Positions 24,770-32,000 of a stretch of DNA of 32,000 bases are shown here, piece by piece; position 1 is the first letter of the stretch; every line of letters starts with the position of its first letter. Made by a program: the position numbers and the translations under genes. Under the pieces are notes generated by a model. That model searched no databases, had not been told where the DNA came from, and worked only from the letters and a program-made list of their open reading frames with translations. The stretch is taken from the NCBI GenBank assembly GCA_037444445.1, contig JBBIMK010000002.1, forward strand, positions 1 through 32,000, given 5' to 3'. This DNA comes from a bacterium. Lineage in GTDB: Bacteria > UBP7 > UBA6624 > JBBIMK01.

Positions 24770-25736
24770 GCCCGTTCTCGTGACGGGAGGTGCTGGCTAC
24801 ATTGGTTCTACCCTCGTCCGTGACCTTCTTCGGAATGGCTATCCCGTCCGCGTTCTGGATAATTTTACTTACGGCGATTATGGGATTCGGGATTTGCTGG
24901 GGCGCAGCGATTTTCAAATCGTTCAGGGCGATGTGAGGAATAAAGACGAGGTCTTCCAGGTGGCGCGGGGTGTAGAGGCAGTGATCCATCTGGCAGGAGC
25001 CAGCGGGGACGAGAGTTGCAATGTGGACCCGGGAGTCTGCTATGAAGTGAATACCCTCGGAACGCAACACATCGTGGAAGCCTGTGAATCTGAGCGGGTT
25101 TCCCGCCTTGCTTTCTCCTCCAGTTGCAGTGTGTATGGCGCCACGGTAGAAGTCGTGGATGAAACTACTCTCCCCAACCCCCTTACCCTGTATGCCCGAA
25201 CGAAACTGGAGGCAGAAAAACGGGTGCTGACTTCTCAAATTTCTTGTCCCACCGTGTTTCGCATTGCCACCGTTTTTGGACTATCGGGTAGAAGCCGATT
25301 GGACCTGGTGCTCAACCTTTTGACGGTGAAGGCTCAAATGGAGAAAAGAATCACGATTTTTGGCGGTGCCCAGTGGCGTCCTCTGATTCATGTGAAAGAT
25401 GTTTCACGAGCGTTCCTCCTCTGGCTCACCGCTCCAGAATCTGTTTGTGCTCACCAGATTTTTAACCTCGGTAGCAACACTCTGAACCTTTCCATTCGTG
25501 ACCTGGCGGAAAAAATCCGCTCCATTATCCCTTCTGCCTCTCTGGATGTCCGCTTGCTACAGGCAGATATGCGAGACTACCGCGTCAACTTTGATAAAAT
25601 TCATCAAGCCTTCCAGTTCACTCCTCAGCACTCCATTGAAGAAGGAATTCAAGAAGTGCGGGAGGGGCTTCTGTCGGGGCTTATCCCGGATTACCGGGAC
25701 CCCAGATATTCCACCATAGGGAGGAAACTGGCATGA
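24756..25736 (+). CDS. NAD-dependent sugar-nucleotide epimerase/dehydratase (extended SDR)
   Basis: TTG start preceded by GGTGGGAGG. Rossmann motif VTGGAGYIGS and catalytic YARTK. Confidence 0.85.
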   Translation: MNFHKPVLVTGGAGYIGSTLVRDLLRNGYPVRVLDNFTYGDYGIRDLLGRSDFQIVQGDVRNKDEVFQVARGVEAVIHLAGASGDESCNVDPGVCYEVNTLGTQHIVEACESERVSRLAFSSSCSVYGATVEVVDETTLPNPLTLYARTKLEAEKRVLTSQISCPTVFRIATVFGLSGRSRLDLVLNLLTVKAQMEKRITIFGGAQWRPLIHVKDVSRAFLLWLTAPESVCAHQIFNLGSNTLNLSIRDLAEKIRSIIPSASLDVRLLQADMRDYRVNFDKIHQAFQFTPQHSIEEGIQEVREGLLSGLIPDYRDPRYSTIGRKLA

Positions 25737-26647
25737 AAGTTCAACGCTGGCAGGGTGAACGATTGGAACCCTGGGTTGTAAAATTAGGTGGCCTCAATTA
25801 TTCAGAAGAGGCTATCCAGACTTATCTGGATGACCCACGCACGAAATCTCATTTGTTGCTTGCAGACCAGGGGGTTCTGGTTCCTGAATATTTTGAAGAA
25901 GGTTCTGCTCTCCTGGCGCGGAAAATCTTCTCTTTACCCTTCGCTGAAGTCATAGGTGATTACAAAGGGAAAAAAGAAGTTTTCAATGCTTTACTGGAAT
26001 ACTTCTTCCGTGTGGAAATGCCCGATTTCGTATCCACCCGGGTTCTCTCACAGAATCTTTCCTGGATTCACACACTTCTGGCTTACCGATTTTATCCTGT
26101 AGAAGTTTTAATTCACACCTTCTATGAAATCTCTTCCACAGCGGTCATTTCCGATATGATGACCTCGGATGTGACCCCTCTAAAATCCGCGGATATTGCT
26201 GAGGCTATGACGCTACTGAAGGAACGAGGATTGAAAAGTCATATTCACCTGGACCCGAATCTTCCTCCCGAATTAGGGGATTTAGTAACATTTCATACCT
26301 TGAACTCCTATGTGGATAAGGTCAATGCCGTGGTAGCAAAACGGAGGGGGGAAATGGCGGGCTTTCTAATTGTTTCCCCGAGAAAGGTGCCGCTGGCTGG
26401 ATACGGAAAAATCATAGAAGTCGTGATGGGAACTGTTTCACCAAAAATTTCGGATGCCTGGAATGTGATGCGGGATATGCTGGGAGTTTTATATAATCAT
26501 CTTCCACCTGGCTACGAACTTTTTGAAATTCGGATTCCCGCTTATGCTCTGGGAGATGTGCATCTCTTTTTCCAGGGGCGACCCTGGAAAGTAGAAACTT
26601 CCATTGTGTTTCACTGGCTGAAAGAAGTGTCTGCGAAAGCCATTTGA
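25733..26647 (+). CDS. Hypothetical protein (possibly GNAT-like fold; very tentative)
   Basis: ATGA overlap on the 5' side and TTGA overlap on the 3' side, so it is almost certainly expressed with its neighbours. 304 aa, cytoplasmic, with no motif I can name. Confidence 0.55.
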   Translation: MKVQRWQGERLEPWVVKLGGLNYSEEAIQTYLDDPRTKSHLLLADQGVLVPEYFEEGSALLARKIFSLPFAEVIGDYKGKKEVFNALLEYFFRVEMPDFVSTRVLSQNLSWIHTLLAYRFYPVEVLIHTFYEISSTAVISDMMTSDVTPLKSADIAEAMTLLKERGLKSHIHLDPNLPPELGDLVTFHTLNSYVDKVNAVVAKRRGEMAGFLIVSPRKVPLAGYGKIIEVVMGTVSPKISDAWNVMRDMLGVLYNHLPPGYELFEIRIPAYALGDVHLFFQGRPWKVETSIVFHWLKEVSAKAI

Positions 26648-27888
26648 CCTTGTATACATCAGATTTTTCCACGAAACGCCTGGCTGTGGTCACCGGATAT
26701 TACCCCACACCGGTATTAGCAAGAAATTTTTTGGAACTTGCCCGACGAGGCCGAGCCACTGCAGGAAAATTCGTCTTTATCTTCGTCTACTGGTGGAAGG
26801 ATGTCCCTCGTCCTCCATTCTTGGATGACTTAGAAGCGGAGGGCGTGGAGGTGAAAGAGTTCACCCTCATGGGGCCCATCCGGCAAGGGCTTCAGCGGGC
26901 GTGGATTCGCTCTCCCTGGGAAGCAATCCAGTGGAACTGGAAAGCCTTCCAGGAGATAAAAGCCTACTTTTCTCAACAAAAATTTCATCTTTTGTTTTTC
27001 TTGCACACTCCCTGGTATTCGGAACTGATGCTGGCACTGGCCGCCCGAATGGCTATGGTGCCCTTTGTGATGAAGGTATTCACCAGCACCCAGTTTCCTT
27101 TACAGGTTCACCGGTGGCTGGCTCACTTTTTCATTGCACAACTGATGTCAAGAATCATCGTCATTTCGCCAGAAGCGCGGAGCCTATCGTTACTGATAGG
27201 CTATCTGACTCCACGCTATACGGTCATTCGTAGCCTGGGCGTGGCAGGGCGGCAGTTCCATCGCTCCGATGCCAACCCTGATAAAATCCGCTCTGAATTT
27301 CGCCTACCGCAGGGCATTCCTATCGTGGGCACTGTATGCAGAATCGACCCCATTAAAGGACTGCGTTTCTTTCTGCAGGCTCTCTCTCTCCTGAGAAAAG
27401 ATTTCCCGAGTATAAAAGGATTCATCGTTGGGGGACAATATGACCCTTCCGAAACCTGGGAAAAAGATTTGAAAGAATACGCCCAACAACTCGGTTTATC
27501 CGATACCGTCATCTTTACCGGAATGCGAGAAGATGTGGAAAATTTCTATGCCCTCCTGGATGTTTATGTTCACCCTGCTCTCTACGATTTGTTCCCTTTT
27601 TCCATCTTAGAAGCCATGGCAATGGAACTGCCGGTAGTGGCAAGCCGGGTGGGCGGGATTCCTGATATGGTGGAAGAAGGTATCACCGGCTTTTTAGTCC
27701 CTTCCCGGAATGCGCAGGCCCTCTACACAGCGATAAAAAAATTACTGGAAAATCCAGAATTGAGAGTGGAAATGGGTAAGAAAGGAAGAGAAAAAATGCT
27801 TCAAAATTGGACAGTAGACCGCGCCTTTTCCGACATCCTTGCCTTTTTCAAAGATTGCCTTCTTGGCTCCCCGAGGAAATCTTACTGA
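26644..27888 (+). CDS. GT4-family (GT-B fold) glycosyltransferase
   Basis: C-terminal [30 protein letters not shown] (EX7E region). TTG start overlaps the preceding stop. Confidence 0.85.
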   Translation: MTLYTSDFSTKRLAVVTGYYPTPVLARNFLELARRGRATAGKFVFIFVYWWKDVPRPPFLDDLEAEGVEVKEFTLMGPIRQGLQRAWIRSPWEAIQWNWKAFQEIKAYFSQQKFHLLFFLHTPWYSELMLALAARMAMVPFVMKVFTSTQFPLQVHRWLAHFFIAQLMSRIIVISPEARSLSLLIGYLTPRYTVIRSLGVAGRQFHRSDANPDKIRSEFRLPQGIPIVGTVCRIDPIKGLRFFLQALSLLRKDFPSIKGFIVGGQYDPSETWEKDLKEYAQQLGLSDTVIFTGMREDVENFYALLDVYVHPALYDLFPFSILEAMAMELPVVASRVGGIPDMVEEGITGFLVPSRNAQALYTAIKKLLENPELRVEMGKKGREKMLQNWTVDRAFSDILAFFKDCLLGSPRKSY

Positions 27889-27907
27889 GATTTCCCACCC
27901 CCCTGGC

Positions 27908-27936
27908 TTGACTTTGAAGGTAAGGATATTTATAAT
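27908..27936 (+). promoter_or_regulatory. Near-consensus sigma70 promoter TTGACT-N17-TATAAT for the grpE operon
   Basis: -35 at 27908-27913, 17-nt spacer, perfect -10 at 27931-27936. The predicted TSS near 27943 leaves only an 8-14 nt leader. Confidence 0.6.
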
Positions 27937-27950
27937 AAACTTATAGAGAG

Positions 27951-28565
27951 ATGGAAATGAGAGAATTTTGGGCTTTTACAGATGAAAAAACAAAAAATGA
28001 CGGCGTATTAGTGGAAGAGAGCGTGCAGGTGGGAAAATTGCTGGCTGAAGAACTGACTAAAGTAAGAGCAGAACTTTATCGCACGCAAAAAACGATGGAA
28101 CGTCTCCGCTTTCCTGCCATGGAAATTTTGGATTTCACCGGATTTCATAAGGAATTACAAAATCTTCGTCGGGAAATCCAGACTTTAGAAGGAAAGGTGG
28201 ATAAGGAGAAAGAGGAAGAAGCCTATCGGGAAATAGCAATCAAATTAGTTGCCGTGCTGGATGCCTTCGACCGGTTTACTGCGGCAGCCCAGGAGGTGAA
28301 AGAAAATACCACGGTTCAAAAATGGATAGAGGGCTTTGGAAATATCGCTTTCCTGTTCCGGAAAGCATTGGAAGGATATGGAATTACGGCTATCAGTGCA
28401 GAAGGAAAGGTTTTTGACCCTTATTTTCACTTAGCCGTGGGAAGTGTAGAGGATGATGCAAAGCCTGATGGAACAGTGGTGGCTGAAAAAACGAAAGGGT
28501 ATCTCTTTCATCAGAAATTGCTACGCCCGGCTGAGGTGATTATTTCACGAAAGAAAAAAACATAA
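27951..28565 (+). CDS. grpE: Nucleotide exchange factor GrpE
   Basis: Long N-terminal helix, then LVAVLDAFDRF, GKVFDPYFHLAV and GYLFHQKLLRPAEV. Start may be ATG 27957. Confidence 0.8.
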   Translation: MEMREFWAFTDEKTKNDGVLVEESVQVGKLLAEELTKVRAELYRTQKTMERLRFPAMEILDFTGFHKELQNLRREIQTLEGKVDKEKEEEAYREIAIKLVAVLDAFDRFTAAAQEVKENTTVQKWIEGFGNIAFLFRKALEGYGITAISAEGKVFDPYFHLAVGSVEDDAKPDGTVVAEKTKGYLFHQKLLRPAEVIISRKKKT

Positions 28566-28577
28566 GGAGGTGGCTTT

Positions 28578-30329
28578 ATGCCTAAAAATATCGTTGGAAT
28601 TGATTTTGGCACAACGACTTCTCTGATTGGAGTGGTCAGGGAAGGCAAGCCGGTTTTAATCCCCAATGAACGGGGGAGTTATATCACTCCCTCCGTAGTG
28701 GGGGTTTCAGAAACGGGAGATTTGTTGGTGGGTGAGCCTGCGAAGAACCAGGCAGTGGCTTACCCGGAACGGACAGTTTATTCCGTGAAACGGATGATGG
28801 GGTCGGAGCGTCTGATTACGCTGGGAGAGAAGGAGTTCCGCCCACAGGAAATCGCCGCGGTCATTATGAAGAAGTTAAAACTGGACGCTGAAGGCTTTTT
28901 AGGGTCTATCATAGAGGAAGCGGTAGTTTCCGTGCCCGCGTATTTCACCGATGCCCAGCGGCAGGCCGTGAAGGATGCAGGAGAAATTGCCGGATTCAAA
29001 GTTGAAAGGCTGATTAATGAGCCGACCGCTGCCGCTCTGGCGTATGGTTTCGACCGTTATGAATCCAAGAATATCCTCGTCTATGACCTGGGCGGCGGAA
29101 CTCTGGATGTCTCCGTTATCCGGGCGGTGGAAGGCGCCTTCAAGGTTCTCGCCTCCGCAGGGAATGCTCACCTCGGAGGAGATGATTTAGACTGGCGCAT
29201 CGTGGATTATCTCATCTCAGAATTCGAGAGGATAGAAGGCATCAATCTGAAAGAAATTCCCGATGAAATCCAGAAACGCATCATCAATCAGCGGTTGAAG
29301 GATGCGGCAGAAAAAGCAAAGATTGACCTTTCTACTCTTCTGGAAACCACAGTCAGTCTGCCTTTCCTCTACACAGCGGAAACGGAACCCAAGCATCTGA
29401 ATGTGGTTCTCACCCGGGCTAAACTGGAAGAGATTATTCGGGATCTCATTGAAAACACCCGGGAACCTCTGAAAGTAGCCCTGGCGGATGCGGGCTTAAA
29501 GGTGAAAGAAATAGAAGATGTCATCCTGGTCGGAGGTTCCACACGAATTCCTATGGTTCAGCGGTTGATTCGTGACTTTTTTGAGAAGGAACCCGTGAAG
29601 GGAGTCAACCCGGAGGAAGTCGTGGCATTGGGCGCCGCCATTCAAGCGGCCATCAAAGCTGGAGAACTGGAAGAGTTGGTGATTGTGGATGTGGCTCCAT
29701 TCTCTTTAGGCATTGAAGTGATTGGTGACCGCTTCAGCACCGTCATCCCACGAAATACCACCATCCCGGCTTCCCGGAAGCGGGTGTATGTGACTACGGA
29801 AGACTACCAGACAGAAGCCCATGTCCACGTTCTGCAGGGGGAAAGCGAAATTGCATCGCAGAATGTATCTCTGGGTGATTTCATCCTCACTGGCATTGAC
29901 CCGAAACCCAAAGGAGAAGCCCTGGTGGAGGTTCAATTTGACTACGACATCAACGGGCTGGTGAAAGTAACCGCCCGTGACCGAGCCACTGGCTCCCAAA
30001 AGAGCATCGTCGTCAAAACCACCACCAAACGCCTTTCCAAAGAAGAAGTCCGTAAGGCTCAAGTAGAAGTAGGGGGCTATACGGGTTCACTTCTCACTCA
30101 GCGGGCAAAAGCGGAGGAACTGTATCAGGCAGAAAATCTCATCTATGAAGCGGGAGCGTTCTTACGAGACCGACGAAAGTTTATCGGCGCTGAACTGGCG
30201 GGACGCATTGAGCAGTATATGGAGCAGGTGCGAGCTGCCATTGATTCAGGGGACCTGGAACAGGTACGCTCCTCCGCGGACAAACTTTCCGTGGCGCTCT
30301 CCGATGCCGAGATGACCCTGAAACGGTGA
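28578..30329 (+). CDS. dnaK: Hsp70-family chaperone, short divergent DnaK-like form (583 aa)
   Basis: IVGIDFGTTTSLIG, DLGGGTLDVSV, VGGSTRIPMV, interdomain linker VIVDVAPFSLGIE, SBD and helical lid. No acidic/Gly-rich C-terminal tail. SD AAGGAGG upstream. Confidence 0.8.
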   Translation: MPKNIVGIDFGTTTSLIGVVREGKPVLIPNERGSYITPSVVGVSETGDLLVGEPAKNQAVAYPERTVYSVKRMMGSERLITLGEKEFRPQEIAAVIMKKLKLDAEGFLGSIIEEAVVSVPAYFTDAQRQAVKDAGEIAGFKVERLINEPTAAALAYGFDRYESKNILVYDLGGGTLDVSVIRAVEGAFKVLASAGNAHLGGDDLDWRIVDYLISEFERIEGINLKEIPDEIQKRIINQRLKDAAEKAKIDLSTLLETTVSLPFLYTAETEPKHLNVVLTRAKLEEIIRDLIENTREPLKVALADAGLKVKEIEDVILVGGSTRIPMVQRLIRDFFEKEPVKGVNPEEVVALGAAIQAAIKAGELEELVIVDVAPFSLGIEVIGDRFSTVIPRNTTIPASRKRVYVTTEDYQTEAHVHVLQGESEIASQNVSLGDFILTGIDPKPKGEALVEVQFDYDINGLVKVTARDRATGSQKSIVVKTTTKRLSKEEVRKAQVEVGGYTGSLLTQRAKAEELYQAENLIYEAGAFLRDRRKFIGAELAGRIEQYMEQVRAAIDSGDLEQVRSSADKLSVALSDAEMTLKR

Positions 30330-30357
30330 GGAAGGAACAAGGGAGACGACCCCCCGG

Positions 30358-30978
30358 TTGTATTCCTTCACCTGCCCTGCCTGCGGCTATAACATACGCG
30401 AGGAAGATACCGAGTGCCCGTCGTGCGGAGTCTCTCTTTCTTTTTATTTGTCCCTCTGGAAGCGAGCAAAGGAGTGGAAGCAGAAAATTCAGGAGTTGTT
30501 TCAATCCGCTCAATATCAGAAGGCCTTAGAAATTCTACATTTAACCTGGCAAATTCAACCTGTCTCGCCTCCGCCGGAGGAGATTTTGCTGGAAGCGCAA
30601 ATACTGGCGAAATTGCACCGCTTCCGAGAGGCACTCTCACGGATACAGGGATTAGGCTACGGGGAATTGGAAGCCCAATGGAAAGAGCAATGGCGTAGAG
30701 AAGAAGCCGCACGAGCCCATTATGATTGGGCGGAACATCTTTCCAGGCACCATCTGTTTCTCAGTGCAGAAGAAGAATTATTGCGGGCACTTTCTCTCAC
30801 AGAAGAAAATCCTGATGTCCTCCTTCTACTTGCCTCTGTGTATCTGGAAAGAGGGGATAGAAAAAGAGGATGGGACTTTCTGATGAAAGGGCTCCGAAAA
30901 GATCCTGTCCATCGCAAAGCAGTTGAACTTCTCCTGTCCCTGGTTACCCGACGCAACTCTCATCGGCCTCTGCCTTGA
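30358..30978 (+). CDS. Zinc-ribbon plus TPR-like repeat protein, no J domain
   Basis: TTG start. CPAC-x10-CPSC at the N-terminus. Helical repeats (YQKALEILHLTWQIQP; LLLLASVYLERGDRKRGWDFLMKGLRKDP). No HPD tripeptide anywhere in the protein. Confidence 0.6.
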   Translation: MYSFTCPACGYNIREEDTECPSCGVSLSFYLSLWKRAKEWKQKIQELFQSAQYQKALEILHLTWQIQPVSPPPEEILLEAQILAKLHRFREALSRIQGLGYGELEAQWKEQWRREEAARAHYDWAEHLSRHHLFLSAEEELLRALSLTEENPDVLLLLASVYLERGDRKRGWDFLMKGLRKDPVHRKAVELLLSLVTRRNSHRPLP

Positions 30979-31778
30979 AAACTTTAACCAGTTCTCGGAA
31001 TCCTTTGATTCATCAGACCGTTAGACTCGCTAAACCCTACTATCGCACCCGGTCAGGTCTTTTCTTGATTGAGGGGAAAAAACTGCTTCAAGAGGCGATT
31101 CTAAACCGAATTTCCATTGAAAGGATTTTCATCACCACATCCTTTCTACGAGAAAATGAGTCGTTTTGTGAAACACTGGAAGAATACTCACAGGTATACG
31201 AGGTTCCTGATTCGCTCTATCGCAAACTTTCTTCGTTAACCACGCCAGAGGGCATTCTGGGGGTTGCCAGACAGCAGTATATTTCGGCCGACGAACTTCA
31301 GAGGCATCTGGAGTCAGAAAAGTCATTCTTCGGTGTTCTCAGCGATGGAATTTCTGACCCTGGAAACCTGGGTTCCATCATTCGGAGTGCCTGCGCTTTT
31401 GGCGCTGCCTTTTTTCTTATCCTGAAAGATGGTGTAGATGCCTATCATTCAAAAGTGGTGCGAAGTTCTATGGGAGCCGTATTCCGCATTCCGATTCTTC
31501 TGGAGAATATGCAGGAATTTTTCACCCTTGTAAAGAAGCGCTGGGCCATCCCTTGCATCGTCACCTCCCCGCACGAAGGCATACCTCTGACGGCGTATAA
31601 ATTTCCGCCGCGCTGCGTAGTAGCCTTCGGCAATGAATCTCGGGGTGTAAGAAAAGAAATGTTACAACAGGCAGAATCGCTAATCACTATCCCCATGCGA
31701 GGCATGGAATCTTTTGGAGTTAGCGTATCCGCTGGTATAATCTTTTATGAGATTCAACGACAGATGAACAGAAGATGA
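30975..31778 (+). CDS. TrmH/SpoU-family RNA 2'-O-methyltransferase (RlmB-like)
   Basis: TTG start overlaps the preceding stop (TTGA). SpoU motifs DPGNLGSIIRSACAFG, AFGNESRGV and IPMRGMESFGVSVSAGI. Confidence 0.8.
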   Translation: MKTLTSSRNPLIHQTVRLAKPYYRTRSGLFLIEGKKLLQEAILNRISIERIFITTSFLRENESFCETLEEYSQVYEVPDSLYRKLSSLTTPEGILGVARQQYISADELQRHLESEKSFFGVLSDGISDPGNLGSIIRSACAFGAAFFLILKDGVDAYHSKVVRSSMGAVFRIPILLENMQEFFTLVKKRWAIPCIVTSPHEGIPLTAYKFPPRCVVAFGNESRGVRKEMLQQAESLITIPMRGMESFGVSVSAGIIFYEIQRQMNRR

Positions 31779-32000
31779 AAAATAGGTGGAAACAATGGGC
31801 GCGGGAGGTGGAGCGAGGTGATAAGAGGGCTATTGCAAGAGCCATCAGCCTGGTGGAGAATGACGCAGAAGAAAGTGAAATTTTGTTAAATCTCTTGTAT
31901 CCCAAAATGGGGAGCACCTATAAAATTGGAGTCGCTGGTGCGCCAGGAGTTGGAAAAAGTAGCCTGATTGCCCAACTGGTGAAACCACTTAAACAGAAAG
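31775..32000 (+). CDS. meaB: MeaB/ArgK-type GTPase (methylmalonyl-CoA mutase chaperone), 5' part only
   Basis: Not in the ORF track because it runs off the window. ATG 31775 overlaps the TrmH-family stop (ATGA). GDKRAIARAISLVEN and P-loop GVAGAPGVGKSS. Confidence 0.75.
   Translation, partial: MKNRWKQWAREVERGDKRAIARAISLVENDAEESEILLNLLYPKMGSTYKIGVAGAPGVGKSSLIAQLVKPLKQK

Noticed and set aside
24648-25238. 196-aa minus-strand ORF. Similar long antisense ORFs occur at 526-936, 4301-4813, 6974-7525, 15420-15863 and 22190-22666.
   Set aside because: Each lies wholly antisense to a CDS with strong family motifs. They have no recognisable motif or SD. Their Arg/His/Gly/Pro/Ser-rich composition is unlike the K/E/L/I-rich proteins here, which is typical of shadow ORFs.
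27889-27950. Searched the grpE upstream region for a CIRCE/HrcA operator or a sigma32-type promoter.
   Set aside because: There is no TTAGCACTC-N9-GAGTGCTAA-like inverted repeat and no CCCCATNT-type -10. Only the sigma70-type TTGACT-17-TATAAT is present.
30326-30529. 67-aa ORF with a GTG start overlapping the Hsp70 stop (GTGA), in a different frame from the zinc-ribbon/TPR gene.
   Set aside because: Arg/Pro/Ser-rich composition with no motif. It overlaps the 5' third of the better-supported zinc-ribbon/TPR CDS, whose CxxC pairs and helical repeats argue for that frame.
1-32000. Scanned the whole window for CRISPR repeats, IS or transposon ends, long direct or inverted repeats, defence-system or toxin-antitoxin gene pairs, split genes and in-frame stops.
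   Set aside because: None were seen by eye. Every ORF over 150 aa on its supported strand has a housekeeping, envelope or metabolic assignment, or is a single coupled unknown. Short or degenerate repeats could be missed without a computational self-alignment.

Overview
Dense bacterial chromosomal segment with about 36 protein genes, one tRNA and one candidate small RNA. There is almost no non-coding DNA, and many genes overlap by 1-29 nt (ATGA/GTGA/TTGA junctions). I see no transposase, integrase, CRISPR array, restriction/defence or toxin-antitoxin genes, so most of the window is housekeeping. Gene order: (+) orphan ABC ATPase, TolC-family channel, HlyD/MacA adaptor, split MacB-type ATPase plus FtsX-type permease, isochorismatase-family hydrolase. 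(-) four-gene 2-oxoacid:ferredoxin oxidoreductase operon (porG, delta-fusion, porA, porB). Then a 378-nt gap holding a candidate plus-strand sRNA. (-) ABM-domain protein, DUF72, SDR, tRNA-Ser(UGA). (+) gatB plus a translationally coupled secreted unknown. (-) rpmB-pheT-ribD-ribE. (+) a nine-gene overlapped string: rsmD, coaD, coiled-coil protein, OstA/LptA-like protein, wzm, wzt, epimerase, unknown, GT4. (+) grpE, an atypical short Hsp70, a zinc-ribbon/TPR protein, a TrmH-family methyltransferase and the 5' end of meaB. The TolC and OstA-like genes imply a diderm envelope; the lineage cannot be assigned from sequence alone. The items most worth a second look are: (i) a PorD-type delta subunit with a GltD/NfnB-like NAD(P)H flavoprotein module inserted into it; (ii) a self-contained promoter-to-terminator unit in the por/ABM gap that would encode a ~165-nt C-rich RNA; (iii) an OstA-fold periplasmic protein coupled to a Wzm/Wzt(+CBM) exporter; (iv) a grpE/Hsp70 operon in which dnaJ is replaced by a zinc-ribbon/TPR protein. 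None of these is a proven novel system. All functional calls come from motif recognition by eye; no database search or folding program was run.
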